A DNA stretch of 64,000 nucleotides from Escherichia phage vB_Eco_mar004NP2, in sequence record OR896837.1; one strand, 5' to 3'. Made by a program: the position numbers and the translations under genes. Position 1 is the first letter of the stretch; the number at the start of each line of letters is the position of its first letter. Positions 17,139 to 27,513 of the stretch are shown here, in pieces. The notes beneath the pieces were generated by a model. It saw only the letters and a program-made list of their open reading frames with translations, was not told the DNA's origin and did not search any database.

Positions 17139-19706
17139 TTGAAAATCGCAGTAGTTGATAAAGCTCTAAATAACACTCGTTATGATAAACATTTCCAGCT
17201 ATACGGCGAGGAAGTTGATGTATTCCATATGTGTAACGAGAAGTTATCCGGTCGTTTGCTCAAAAAGCATATTACTATCGGGACTCCGGAAAACCCATTT
17301 GACCCGAATGATTATGATTTTGTTATACTGGTAGGTGCCGAGCCTTTCCTGTACTTTGCAGGTAAGAAAGGCATTGGTGACTATACTGGTAAACGTGTAG
17401 AGTATAATGGATATGCTAACTGGATTGCGAGTATCAGCCCCGCCCAGTTACACTTTAAGCCTGAAATGAAACCAGTTTTCGATGCAACAGTAGAGAATAT
17501 CCACGATATTATCAATGGTCGTGAGAAGATTGCAAAAGCTGGTGATTACCGTCCTATTACTGACCCTGACGAGGCGGAAGAATATATCAAGATGGTGTAT
17601 AATATGGTTATCGGACCTGTCGCATTCGACTCCGAAACCTCAGCACTATACTGTCGAGATGGTTATCTGCTTGGTGTTTCTATGTCTCACCAAGAGTATC
17701 AGGGTGTATATATCGATTCTGATTGTCTCACAGAGGTTGCAGTATATTATCTCCAGAAAATTCTGGATAGTGAAAACCACACTATTGTTTTTCACAACTT
17801 GAAGTTTGATATGCACTTTTATAAGTACCATCTGGGACTTACTTTTGATAAAGCACATAAAGAACGCAGGCTCCATGATACCATGTTGCAGCATTATGTT
17901 CTAGATGAGCGTCGTGGTACTCATGGCTTGAAATCTCTAGCAATGAAGTATACCGATATGGGCGACTATGACTTTGAACTAGATAAGTTCAAGGAGGATT
18001 ACTGCAAAGCACATAAAATCAAGAAAGAAGATTTCACCTATGATTTAATTCCGTTTGATATTATGTGGCCTTACGCTGCAAAAGATACCGATGCCACCAT
18101 ACGTTTGCACAACTTCTTCTTATCAAAAATTGAGAAGAATGAAAAACTTTGCAGTCTGTATTATGATGTCCTAATGCCTGGTTGTGTATTTCTCCAGCGT
18201 GTTGAGGATCGTGGTGTACCTATTTCTATTGATCGTTTAAAAGAAGCTCAGTACCAGTTAACCCATAATCTGAATAAGGCTCGTGAGAAACTGTATACTT
18301 ATCCAGAAGTCGTTCAGCTAGAAAAAGACCAGAACGAGGCGTTTAACCCAAACTCTGTTAAGCAACTGCGTGTTCTTCTGTTTGATTATGTTGGCTTAAC
18401 TCCAACAGGTAAATTGACGGATACTGGGGCAGACTCTACAGATGCAGAAGCTCTGAATGAACTGGCTACGCAGCATCCAATTGCTAAGACTCTACTAGAG
18501 ATTCGTAAGCTGACTAAGCTGATCTCTACTTATGTTGAGAAGATTCTTCTGAGTATTGATGCAGATGGTTGCATTCGTACTGGTTTCCATGAACATATGA
18601 CTACTTCTGGTCGTCTGAGTTCTTCTGGTAAACTGAACCTGCAACAGTTACCTCGTGATGAATCTATTATCAAGGGTTGTGTAGTAGCTCCTCCCGGGTA
18701 TCGTGTAATTGCATGGGACTTAACAACTGCGGAAGTTTATTATGCTGCTGTTCTATCTGGTGATAGAAATATGCAACAAGTATTTATCAACATGAGAAAT
18801 GAACCTGATAAATACCCTGACTTCCACTCTAACATCGCACACATGGTATTTAAACTCCAATGCGAGCCTCGTGATGTTAAAAAGTTATTCCCAGCTCTGC
18901 GTCAGGCTGCTAAAGCAATCACCTTTGGTATTCTGTATGGTTCTGGCCCGGCTAAAGTAGCTCATTCTGTTAACGAAGCTCTTCTGGAACAGGCTGCTAA
19001 GACAGGTGAACCGTTTGTAGAGTGTACTGTTGCGGATGCGAAGGACTATATCGAAACTTACTTCGGTCAGTTCCCGCAGCTTAAGCGTTGGATTGATAAG
19101 TGTCACGACCAGATCAAGAATCATGGATTTATCTATAGTCACTTTGGTCGTAAACGTCGTCTGCATAATATCCATTCCGAAGACCGTGGTGTTCAGGGTG
19201 AAGAAATCCGTTCTGGATTTAACGCAATCATTCAGTCTGCTTCTTCCGACAGTCTCCTTTTAGGTGCTGTAGATGCAGATAATGAGATCATTTCTCTTGG
19301 CCTAGAACAAGAGATGAAGATTGTTATGCTAGTTCATGACTCCGTAGTTGCTATTGTTCGTGAAGACTTGATCGACCAATACAATGAAATCCTGATTCGT
19401 AATATTCAGAAAGACCGTGGTATTAGTATTCCTGGCTGTCCGATTGGTATTGATTCAGATTCTGAAGCAGGAGGTTCTCGTGACTATTCTTGTGGTAAGA
19501 TGAAGAAACAGCACCCATCAATCGCTTGTATTGATGATGATGAATATACTCGTTATGTCAAGGGTGTATTACTTGATGCAGAGTTCGAGTATAAGAAACT
19601 AGCTGCAATGGATAAAGAGCATCCAGATCATAGCAAGTACAAGGATGATAAGTTTATTGCTATATGTAAAGATTTGGATAACGTGAGAAGGATTCTCGGT
19701 GCTTAA
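17139..19706 (+). CDS. Family A DNA polymerase with 3'-5' exonuclease domain (T5-type)
   Basis: 855 aa; exo motif FDSETSAL, pol motifs KAITFGILYGSG and VHDSVV; TTG start after SD gaggag; N-terminus and length match my recollection of T5 DNA polymerase. Confidence 0.95.
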   Translation: MKIAVVDKALNNTRYDKHFQLYGEEVDVFHMCNEKLSGRLLKKHITIGTPENPFDPNDYDFVILVGAEPFLYFAGKKGIGDYTGKRVEYNGYANWIASISPAQLHFKPEMKPVFDATVENIHDIINGREKIAKAGDYRPITDPDEAEEYIKMVYNMVIGPVAFDSETSALYCRDGYLLGVSMSHQEYQGVYIDSDCLTEVAVYYLQKILDSENHTIVFHNLKFDMHFYKYHLGLTFDKAHKERRLHDTMLQHYVLDERRGTHGLKSLAMKYTDMGDYDFELDKFKEDYCKAHKIKKEDFTYDLIPFDIMWPYAAKDTDATIRLHNFFLSKIEKNEKLCSLYYDVLMPGCVFLQRVEDRGVPISIDRLKEAQYQLTHNLNKAREKLYTYPEVVQLEKDQNEAFNPNSVKQLRVLLFDYVGLTPTGKLTDTGADSTDAEALNELATQHPIAKTLLEIRKLTKLISTYVEKILLSIDADGCIRTGFHEHMTTSGRLSSSGKLNLQQLPRDESIIKGCVVAPPGYRVIAWDLTTAEVYYAAVLSGDRNMQQVFINMRNEPDKYPDFHSNIAHMVFKLQCEPRDVKKLFPALRQAAKAITFGILYGSGPAKVAHSVNEALLEQAAKTGEPFVECTVADAKDYIETYFGQFPQLKRWIDKCHDQIKNHGFIYSHFGRKRRLHNIHSEDRGVQGEEIRSGFNAIIQSASSDSLLLGAVDADNEIISLGLEQEMKIVMLVHDSVVAIVREDLIDQYNEILIRNIQKDRGISIPGCPIGIDSDSEAGGSRDYSCGKMKKQHPSIACIDDDEYTRYVKGVLLDAEFEYKKLAAMDKEHPDHSKYKDDKFIAICKDLDNVRRILGA

Positions 19707-20196
19707 TTTCAAATTGCCCGTATATGCTTTACGGGCGTTTGTATCAATTGAGCAAGAAGGTGATTATTCCGTAATTACAACAAGATATAATAAATATGTG
19801 CTAGATAACAGGAAGTTGCCTGGCACGTTTTCTCAACGTAGACTTATTCTATTTGAGAAACGGAAAGAATTACCATACAAGCTCTACCCTATTAGAGGTA
19901 GAATATCAATGTTGTCTCAATTAGTTGGGTCAAAGCGTAGCCAATTTATAGATTCTGATGGAAATCTTATTAACTGGAAGAAAACTACGTTCTATGATGT
20001 TGTCACCTCTAAAGTTTTGCATTCAGCTAGAATTTATAATGGAAAATACCAATGCTATGTGGCTAAAGTTCCTTATCCATTTGTATTATCCTATGTTCCA
20101 GCTTATATAAGCTATATTCTGGTAAATAATAGCCCTGTTATTTATCAAGTCCATCAAGAGGAGCCTGAAATTCCTAGACTTAGAATAAAATTATGA
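19699..20196 (+). CDS. Hypothetical protein (165 aa)
   Basis: ORF track; GTG start overlapping the polymerase stop, gaagga upstream; coupled to the next gene (ATGA overlap). Confidence 0.5.
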   Translation: MLNFKLPVYALRAFVSIEQEGDYSVITTRYNKYVLDNRKLPGTFSQRRLILFEKRKELPYKLYPIRGRISMLSQLVGSKRSQFIDSDGNLINWKKTTFYDVVTSKVLHSARIYNGKYQCYVAKVPYPFVLSYVPAYISYILVNNSPVIYQVHQEEPEIPRLRIKL

Positions 20197-21545
20197 AGGT
20201 TGTTATATCTAATAAAGCCTATTTCAAGCCCGATGATGAACTTTGGGATTATTGTAGTAAGCAAACCACTTATCACATTGAGACAATGACTAGTAAATAC
20301 CCTATTATGTATAAGAATAGTGGTGTTGTTGCCAAAGAGATTAAGTGGATTCCTATTACGCGTCTGGACTTACTAGATGCTAAAGGAGTAAAATACGAAT
20401 TAGTCGATAAACGCACATTAGCTCCGGTAGATATACCAAAACCTAAGTTCAAGCTGCGTGAAGAAGACCAGCTCCCAATATATGAAGAGTGTGATGATAC
20501 CTGTATTATTAATGGTAAGCCTGGATTTGGCAAAACTATCCTAGCCCTTGCACTTGCGTATAAATTTGGCCAGAAAACTCTGGTAATTTGTACTAACACA
20601 TCTATTCGTGAGATGTGGGCAGCAGAAGTTCGTAAATGGTTTGGATTTGAGCCAGGTATTATAGGTTCTGGGAAATACAATATTGATCCACCAATTGTAG
20701 TCAGTAATATTCAAACAGTGAATAAACATGCGAATAATCTTTCTAAAGTATTCGGTACTGTTATAGTTGATGAAGTTCACCATTGTGTGGCTACAACTTT
20801 CATTAACTTCCTAGAAATATCATGTGCTCGCTATAAGATTGGGCTATCTGGAACATTAAAACGTAAAGATGGTCTACAAGTTATGCTCAAAGATTTCTTT
20901 GGATATAAGATCTTTAGCCCACCGGTTAATAATACTGTTGCACCTACAATCCACAGGTACTCCGTACCAGTTGAGTTGTCTGGAAACCAAAACGTACCGT
21001 GGGCATTACGTGCTAATGATGTGTATAATCATCCTGAATATCGAGAAACTATTATAAACCTAGCACATTTATATGTGAATATGGGACATAAAGTACTCAT
21101 TGTAAGTGATAGAACAGAGTTAATCCAAACAGTACTAGAAGCTCTTGCACAACGTGGTGTTACAACATATGAAATTATAGGGTCAACTCACTTGGATGAC
21201 CGATTAAAAATTCAGGAAGATATAGCAAAAGGTGGGCCTTGTGTACTTGCAGCAGCTCAAAGTATCTTCTCTGAAGGTATTTCCCTTAATGAGCTGTCTT
21301 GTTTAATAATGGGAAGCCTCATTAATAATGAATCTCTCATTGAACAGCTTGCAGGACGTGTTCAACGTATTGTCGATGGTAAACTCGACCCTATTGTTGT
21401 AGATCTAATTATGAAAGGTGGCACTGGACTAAGGCAGGCTTCTGGACGTATGGCAGTATATCATAACAATGGGTGGAAAACTATTACCATGACTCCTGAG
21501 AAAGCAGTTCAATTAGCTAAAATTGCATTTGGCAACAGCTCATAA
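20193..21545 (+). CDS. SF2 DNA helicase (DEAH-type)
   Basis: Walker A NGKPGFGKT, DEVHH box, helicase C-like region later. Confidence 0.8.
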   Translation: MKVVISNKAYFKPDDELWDYCSKQTTYHIETMTSKYPIMYKNSGVVAKEIKWIPITRLDLLDAKGVKYELVDKRTLAPVDIPKPKFKLREEDQLPIYEECDDTCIINGKPGFGKTILALALAYKFGQKTLVICTNTSIREMWAAEVRKWFGFEPGIIGSGKYNIDPPIVVSNIQTVNKHANNLSKVFGTVIVDEVHHCVATTFINFLEISCARYKIGLSGTLKRKDGLQVMLKDFFGYKIFSPPVNNTVAPTIHRYSVPVELSGNQNVPWALRANDVYNHPEYRETIINLAHLYVNMGHKVLIVSDRTELIQTVLEALAQRGVTTYEIIGSTHLDDRLKIQEDIAKGGPCVLAAAQSIFSEGISLNELSCLIMGSLINNESLIEQLAGRVQRIVDGKLDPIVVDLIMKGGTGLRQASGRMAVYHNNGWKTITMTPEKAVQLAKIAFGNSS

Positions 21546-21629
21546 ATGATGTATAATAATATACATAAATTTGAGAGAGAAAGTTTCGGATTGATAAGAA
21601 AGTCCGAAGCAGAAAAATAAAAATTTTAG

Positions 21630-21659
21630 TTGCTAAATTCTCTCGAAATCTAGTATAAT
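21630..21659 (+). promoter_or_regulatory. sigma70-type promoter (second of two promoter-like elements in this gap)
   Basis: TTGCTA 21630-21635, 18-nt spacer, TATAAT 21654-21659, leader atatacataaattcgaggag; a similar TATAAT plus leader sits at 21552-21590. Confidence 0.4.
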
Positions 21660-21766
21660 ATATACATAAATTCGAGGAGAAAACAAAAATTAAATTCTTC
21701 GATTATGAAAAGCTATACTTACTAGCTAGAGGAAATTCCGACCTAATTATTAAGTTATTCAAAAGA

Positions 21767-22051
21767 ATGCTCATAGAGCCTGATGCTCACCAATTATTGG
21801 TCGGTTCCTCATTCATTTTGAATGAGTCAACAATAGTTGATAATCCAAATAAATTGTCTAATAGACAACTGGCAGAATATCTAGGAATTTTAAGTCTACG
21901 AAATTATGCCGAATACAAGTTTACAAACGATCCTAGTTTGAACATACAATATGTTCCAGTATGGATACCACGTTTAGTAATCGACACTAACCCACTAATC
22001 GCAATTAACAAATCGAAATTAATCTTTAAAGAGGAAATAAAATATGGCTAA
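21767..22051 (+). CDS. Hypothetical protein (doubtful)
   Basis: ORF track only; no clear SD. Confidence 0.25.
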   Translation: MLIEPDAHQLLVGSSFILNESTIVDNPNKLSNRQLAEYLGILSLRNYAEYKFTNDPSLNIQYVPVWIPRLVIDTNPLIAINKSKLIFKEEIKYG

Positions 22052-22817
22052 GTCTTGGGGCGAAACTACTGGCGGTTCTAACGATAAAATCGAATTCCTG
22101 AAGTTCAACAACGGTATCACTCGTGTCCGTATCGTTTCTGGTGTTCTTCCACGTTATGTCTATTGGCTGACTAATAAAGAGGGTAACGTAGCTCCTTTTG
22201 AATGTCTCCGTTTTAACCGTGACAAAGAGAGCTTTGTTCGTGGTAAAGCTGATCCGGTTCATGAGATGGGCTTCTTCGAGAAAGAGCTGGATAAAGACGG
22301 TAATCGTGTTCCGCTGAAACCGAAGAAAAACTATATCGCTTTTGTTATCGACCGTTCTGATAACAAACTGAAAGTAATGGAAGTCAAGGCTACTATTCTG
22401 AAAGGCATCCAGTCTATCATGAAGCAGTTGAATCTGGCAACTCCGTTTGATATTGATATTTCTATCGAGAAAAAAGGTAAAGGTTTCGATACTGAGTATG
22501 ATGTACAGCAGATTGCTGCTATGCAGTTCCAGATTAAGCTGCAAGATCCTAACAGTGCAGAATCTAAGCAATATGCTGCAGATGTAGATCTGATCGGTGA
22601 AGCTATGTGTGATGAAGATGGCGACATCATTAAGTTCGAAAAAGTTCCTTCTCTGGAACAAACCTATCCGGTTCCTACCTATGAAGAGCAGAAAGAAGCA
22701 ATTCAAGCCTTCATGGAGGGTCGTGAGAATAAAGATGATGATGCCAAATCTGGTAATAGCAATGCAGGCTCCCAGAAAGGTATTGACACAGAAGCTGCAA
22801 GCGATCTGGACGACTAA
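22044..22817 (+). CDS. Putative single-stranded DNA-binding protein
   Basis: Strong SD aaagaggaaat; highly biased codon use; acidic C-terminal tail (DTEAASDLDD) typical of SSBs; assignment is inference. Confidence 0.5.
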   Translation: MAKSWGETTGGSNDKIEFLKFNNGITRVRIVSGVLPRYVYWLTNKEGNVAPFECLRFNRDKESFVRGKADPVHEMGFFEKELDKDGNRVPLKPKKNYIAFVIDRSDNKLKVMEVKATILKGIQSIMKQLNLATPFDIDISIEKKGKGFDTEYDVQQIAAMQFQIKLQDPNSAESKQYAADVDLIGEAMCDEDGDIIKFEKVPSLEQTYPVPTYEEQKEAIQAFMEGRENKDDDAKSGNSNAGSQKGIDTEAASDLDD

Positions 22818-22824
22818 TAAATAG

Positions 22825-22848
22825 AGGGGCTTCGGCCCCTTTCTTTTT
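22825..22848 (+). terminator. Rho-independent terminator
   Basis: aggggc-ttcg-gcccct hairpin followed by TTCTTTTT. Confidence 0.65.
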
Positions 22849-22853
22849 AACTT

Positions 22854-23831
22854 ATGAGAATATTATTTAGTGCTGATCATCATATTAAGCTGGGCCAAGA
22901 TAAGATACCCAAAGAATGGCAGAAGCGTCGCTTCCTGATGCTAGGAGAACGGTTAAATGATATATTCCATAATCATAACTGTGATTTGCATATTATTGGT
23001 GGTGATTTATTTGATCATTCCGACCCGTCGTCGGAAGAAGTAGAACTTCTAGAAAAATTTATGTCTAGGCTAGATCATATAGGAATGGTATTTACAGGTA
23101 ATCATGAATTAATAACTAAGACTATTTCATGCCTATATCATTATGCAGGAGTTATTAATAAAGTAACGAGTGGTAAGTGGGAAGTAATTACCAAACCATA
23201 TCGTTCCCCTGAATTTGATATTGTTCCATATGACGAAATCCATAAATCTAAGTGGAAACCTCCTGTATCAAAACTATGTTTCACGCATGTTCGTGGTGAA
23301 ATCCCTCCACATGTAAAACCAGAAATTGATCTAACTAAGTACAACTGTTATGATACTGTAATTGCTGGCGATTTACATTCTTATACTAATAGCCAGACTA
23401 TCGGATCTACTAGACTTCTCTACCCAGGATCTCCATTAACTACATCGTTCCATAGAGAACGCACAAAAGGTACAAATGGTTGCTTTATCATTGATACCGA
23501 CACATTAAAAGTAGAATGGATTGAACTAGGTGATTTACCACAACTGATTCGTAAAACAATCGGAGCAGGTGAAGAGATGGAACCTAGTGATTATGATCGT
23601 GTAGTCTATGAAGTTACTGGTGACGTTGTTCAATTAAAGTCTATTAAAGACTCTGATTTGTTAGATAAGAAGATTAACCATCGAGTTACTAAAGACGCTA
23701 AGTTAAATCTTGTTGATCTTGATATGTTAGGGGAACTTGAACTTTACTTCCGTGAAGTCGAGAAGCTGTCTCAAGGCGACATTGATAGAATCTTGGCTAG
23801 AGCTGCGAAATATGTCAAAGATTACAATTAA
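22854..23831 (+). CDS. SbcD/Mre11-like nuclease subunit
   Basis: Calcineurin-like phosphoesterase motifs: SADHH, GGDLFDH, FTGNHE. Confidence 0.8.
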   Translation: MRILFSADHHIKLGQDKIPKEWQKRRFLMLGERLNDIFHNHNCDLHIIGGDLFDHSDPSSEEVELLEKFMSRLDHIGMVFTGNHELITKTISCLYHYAGVINKVTSGKWEVITKPYRSPEFDIVPYDEIHKSKWKPPVSKLCFTHVRGEIPPHVKPEIDLTKYNCYDTVIAGDLHSYTNSQTIGSTRLLYPGSPLTTSFHRERTKGTNGCFIIDTDTLKVEWIELGDLPQLIRKTIGAGEEMEPSDYDRVVYEVTGDVVQLKSIKDSDLLDKKINHRVTKDAKLNLVDLDMLGELELYFREVEKLSQGDIDRILARAAKYVKDYN

Positions 23832-25650
23832 GACACTAAAATTTAGTAACGTTATGTCTTACGGTAGGGACATCGTAATTCATTTCGATAAGAATCCAGT
23901 TACTCAGTTAATCGGAGGAAACGGTCTAGGGAAGTCCACTATTGCTACTGTTATTGAGGAATTGTTTTATAGCAAGAACTCACGTGGTATCAAGAAGGAC
24001 GCCCTATTCTCTTGGGGTTCTCCGAAGAAAGAGTATGATATGCATGCTTACTTCTCGAAAGATGAAGATGAGTATGAATTGCATAAAGTAGTTAAATCAA
24101 CTGCTAAGGTTACACTGATTAAGAATGGAGAAGATATCAGTGGACACACAGCAACTCAAACGTACAAGATGATTGAAGAGATTATGGGTGGTGACTTCCA
24201 AACATTCACTAAACTAATCTATCAATCTGTTGGTTCCAATCTAGACTTCCTCAAAGCAACAGATGCAACACGTAAGGCTTTTCTTGTTAACTTGTTCAAT
24301 CAAGAACAGTATAAAGAAATGTCAGAAACTATTAAGGCTGACCGTAAAGAAATAGCAAATACCTTAAATAATTTGCAGGGCCAAATGGCTGTAATTACAA
24401 AAATCCTTAATGGAAAGAATAACTTGGGAACCTTACAAGAACCAGTCGAAGTACCAGAATTTGATGAAGAACCATTAGCACAAGAACTTACAGAATCGAA
24501 AATTAAGGCGGCATTAGCCAAGTCTCAAGAGGCTAATATTACTAAATTGCGTAATTTGGACAAAGCTGTACAAGTTGCCGAACAATCTTTCGAGCCTTTC
24601 AAAAATTTGCCTGCGCCCACCGACCAAAATGAAGAGATCTCGAGTGTTACGCGTGACCTAACGATTGTGACCTCACGTGCGGGCGAAGTCAAGAAACGTT
24701 ATCAGAAGTTCAAGCAAGAGGCTTCAAATACTGAATGTCCTACTTGTGGTACTCACCTGGATACAACTGCTGCTCAAAAAGCAATGGATATGGCTAGAAC
24801 AGAATATGATCCTCTGTTCAAAGAGAAGCAATCTCTTGAAACCAAGCTAGAACAGCTGAAGAAAGAACAACTTGAGTACACTACGTATATTAGAGCAAAG
24901 GATGCTTTGGATAAAGCAGTAGCAGCTAGAGACGAGTTCAAAAATTCAATGAGTGATGCTTCTTTTGAAGAACTCAATGTGCAAAACCTACAGGTGCAAA
25001 TACGACAATTAGAACAGGAAATTGCTGATGGACGTTCTAAGGTTGCAATTGCCAAAGAGCATAATGCAAATGTTGAATTAGCCAATGCAAAATATAAAGC
25101 GAAACTAGAACAGATTGAGAAAGCTGAGGCAGAAATGTCTGAGATTACTTCCAAACTGGATGAAGTATCAGAAGCTGTTGCTGATCTCGATATTCTGATC
25201 GCCGCATTGAAAAATCTGGTAGGGTATAAGCTAGAGCATAGTGTGAAAGTATTTGAAGAACTAATTAATAAATACCTTTCCATTATGACTGGTGGTAAGT
25301 TCGCACTTGGATTTGAACTTGATGAAACAAAATTACAAGTAGTAATCTTCAATGATGGAAACCGTACCAGTATGGAGAACTGCTCTACTGGTCAGCAAAG
25401 TCGAATCAACCTAGCAACTCTGTTAGCTATTCGAATGCTACTAACATCTATTAGTAAAGTTAATATTAATCTTCTATTCCTTGATGAAGTAATTAGCTTT
25501 ATTGATACGAAAGGACTTGACACCCTTGTTGAATTATTAAATGAGGAAGAAAGTCTAAACTCTATCATTGTTTCTCATGGGCATACGCATCCATTGGCCC
25601 ATAAGATTACTGTCAAAAAAGATGCAGAAGGATTTTCCTACTTAGAATAA
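23812..25650 (+). CDS. SbcC/Rad50-like ATPase subunit
   Basis: ATG 23812 (MSKITIK) preferred over ORF-track 23737; P-loop GNGLGKST, zinc-hook CPTCG within coiled coil, Walker B LLFLDEV. Confidence 0.8.
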   Translation: MSKITIKTLKFSNVMSYGRDIVIHFDKNPVTQLIGGNGLGKSTIATVIEELFYSKNSRGIKKDALFSWGSPKKEYDMHAYFSKDEDEYELHKVVKSTAKVTLIKNGEDISGHTATQTYKMIEEIMGGDFQTFTKLIYQSVGSNLDFLKATDATRKAFLVNLFNQEQYKEMSETIKADRKEIANTLNNLQGQMAVITKILNGKNNLGTLQEPVEVPEFDEEPLAQELTESKIKAALAKSQEANITKLRNLDKAVQVAEQSFEPFKNLPAPTDQNEEISSVTRDLTIVTSRAGEVKKRYQKFKQEASNTECPTCGTHLDTTAAQKAMDMARTEYDPLFKEKQSLETKLEQLKKEQLEYTTYIRAKDALDKAVAARDEFKNSMSDASFEELNVQNLQVQIRQLEQEIADGRSKVAIAKEHNANVELANAKYKAKLEQIEKAEAEMSEITSKLDEVSEAVADLDILIAALKNLVGYKLEHSVKVFEELINKYLSIMTGGKFALGFELDETKLQVVIFNDGNRTSMENCSTGQQSRINLATLLAIRMLLTSISKVNINLLFLDEVISFIDTKGLDTLVELLNEEESLNSIIVSHGHTHPLAHKITVKKDAEGFSYLE

Positions 25651-25653
25651 AAC

Positions 25654-26136
25654 ATGGCTGTAGATAGTAGAGAGAAAGGTAAACGTGGTGAATATCAGGT
25701 AAGAGATATTCTACGCGAGCGTACAGGTCTTGAGTGGGAACGTGTTCCTGGCTCTGGTGCTTTTGGCCAGAGCCACGGACTGAAAGGTGACATCTACCTT
25801 CCACCACAAAGCGGACACATTAGTAAATACTGCTTCGAAGTTAAGTGGTATAAAGATGATAATATATCAAGTAATTTATTTAATGTCGGTGAATCCACTC
25901 TAGAGAAGTGGTGGCAGCAATGCTCACGTGAAGGTGAGCAGATGAACTCCAAGTCTGCATTAATATTCAAAAAAGACAGAGGACAGTGGTTAATAGCTTT
26001 GGATAGCGCAGACCCGATGGTTGACAACTTAATGAGTCGTACCCATATGGTGTTAAATAAGAAAGACATGGAAATCGTAATTGGTTTATTTGAACCGTGG
26101 CTACATCATGCATCTGTTGAGGACTTAATTAAATAA
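25654..26136 (+). CDS. Putative PD-(D/E)xK-type nuclease
   Basis: GDIYLP ... CFEVKWYKD arrangement resembles a D...ExK active site; weak. Confidence 0.45.
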   Translation: MAVDSREKGKRGEYQVRDILRERTGLEWERVPGSGAFGQSHGLKGDIYLPPQSGHISKYCFEVKWYKDDNISSNLFNVGESTLEKWWQQCSREGEQMNSKSALIFKKDRGQWLIALDSADPMVDNLMSRTHMVLNKKDMEIVIGLFEPWLHHASVEDLIK

Positions 26137-27011
26137 TGAGTAAATCCTGGGGAAAATTTATTGAAGAAGAGGAAGCTGAAATGGCTTCCCGTCGTAACCT
26201 AATGATTGTTGATGGAACTAACTTAGGCTTCCGCTTCAAACATAACAATAGTAAAAAACCATTTGCCTCAAGTTATGTTTCCACTATTCAGTCTCTAGCA
26301 AAATCTTATTCTGCTAGAACTACAATAGTTTTAGGGGATAAAGGAAAGTCTGCATTCCGCCTAGAGCATCTTCCAGAGTATAAAGGGAATCGAGATGAGA
26401 AATACTCTCAGCGTACGGAAGAGGAAAAAGCGTTAGATGAGCAGTTTTTCGAGTATTTGAAAGATGCTTTCGAACTATGTGAAACTACATTCCCAACCTT
26501 CACTATTCGTGGTGTAGAAGCAGATGATATGGCAGCTTATATTGTTAAGCTGATTGGGCATCTATATGATCATGTTTGGCTAATTTCTACCGATGGTGAC
26601 TGGGATACTTTATTAACTGATAAAGTTTCTCGCTTCTCTTTTACAACACGTCGTGAATATCATCTTCGTGATATGTATGAGCACCATAATGTTGACGATG
26701 TAGAGCAGTTTATCTCTCTGAAAGCAATTATGGGTGATTTAGGGGATAATATCCGTGGTGTTGAAGGTATTGGGGCAAAACGCGGGTATAATATTATTCG
26801 TGAATTTGGTAACGTTCTGGATATTATTGATCAGCTTCCACTACCTGGAAAACAGAAATATATACAGAATTTAAATGCTTCGGAAGAATTGCTTTATCGA
26901 AACCTAATTTTAGTTGATTTACCTACCTACTGTGTGGACGCTATTGCTGCTGTAGGTCAAGATGTATTAGATAAGTTTACAAAAGATATTTTGGAGATTG
27001 CAGAACAATGA
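26136..27011 (+). CDS. D15: 5'-3' exonuclease / flap endonuclease (T5 D15 type)
   Basis: 291 aa; N-terminus and length match my recollection of T5 D15 exonuclease; FEN acidic clusters (DGTNL, EADD, DGDWD, GDLGDN). Confidence 0.95.
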   Translation: MSKSWGKFIEEEEAEMASRRNLMIVDGTNLGFRFKHNNSKKPFASSYVSTIQSLAKSYSARTTIVLGDKGKSAFRLEHLPEYKGNRDEKYSQRTEEEKALDEQFFEYLKDAFELCETTFPTFTIRGVEADDMAAYIVKLIGHLYDHVWLISTDGDWDTLLTDKVSRFSFTTRREYHLRDMYEHHNVDDVEQFISLKAIMGDLGDNIRGVEGIGAKRGYNIIREFGNVLDIIDQLPLPGKQKYIQNLNASEELLYRNLILVDLPTYCVDAIAAVGQDVLDKFTKDILEIAEQ

Positions 27012-27454
27012 TTAAAATTAAATTAACTCATCCAGATTGTATGCCTAAGATTGGTTCCGAAGATGCCGCAGGTATGGATCTGCGAGCATTCTTTGGTACA
27101 AACCCTGCTGCAGATTTACGTGCTATTGCGCCAGGCAAATCCCTAATGATTGACACCGGTGTCGCGGTAGAAATTCCGCGAGGTTGGTTCGGTTTGGTGG
27201 TTCCTCGTAGCTCTTTAGGTAAGCGCTATTTGATGATTGCAAACACCGCAGGGGTGATCGACTCAGACTATCGTGGTACTATTAAGATGAACCTCTATAA
27301 TTACGGTTCTGAAATGCAAACTCTGGAGAATTTCGAGAGACTTTGTCAGCTAGTGGTATTGCCACATTACTCAACTCATAATTTTGAAATCGTTGATGAG
27401 TTAGAAGAGACTGTACGTGGAGAAGGAGGATTTGGAAGTTCAGGAAGTAAGTAA
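27008..27454 (+). CDS. dut: dUTP diphosphatase (dUTPase)
   Basis: 148 aa; dUTPase motifs AAGMDLRA, PRSSLG, GVIDSDYRG. Confidence 0.9.
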   Translation: MIKIKLTHPDCMPKIGSEDAAGMDLRAFFGTNPAADLRAIAPGKSLMIDTGVAVEIPRGWFGLVVPRSSLGKRYLMIANTAGVIDSDYRGTIKMNLYNYGSEMQTLENFERLCQLVVLPHYSTHNFEIVDELEETVRGEGGFGSSGSK

Positions 27455-27478
27455 TCTACATATAAAATAAATAATAAA

Positions 27479-27513
27479 CCCCAGTGGATTTTGTCCACTG
27501 GGATTTTCTTTTA
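27479..27513. terminator. Bidirectional rho-independent terminator at the early/late boundary
   Basis: 9-bp stem cccagtgga / tccactggg with ttttg loop, T-runs on both strands, between convergent dut and tail-fibre genes. Confidence 0.65.

Noticed and set aside
1645-19263. Short ORFs nested in nrdD (1645-1878), the large helicase (6410-6592, 7375-7587, 8120-8606) and the DNA polymerase (17515-17894, 18885-19263)
   Set aside because: All lie inside or antisense to long motif-supported genes and have no ribosome-binding sites.
22026-22706. 226-aa minus-strand ORF antisense to the SSB-like gene
   Set aside because: The plus-strand gene has a strong SD, host-optimal codons and an SSB-like acidic tail; the antisense translation is Phe/Leu/Ile-rich junk.
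24774-25352. 192-aa minus-strand ORF inside the SbcC-like gene
   Set aside because: Ser/Cys/Ala-rich low-complexity product antisense to the coiled-coil coding region of a well-supported gene.
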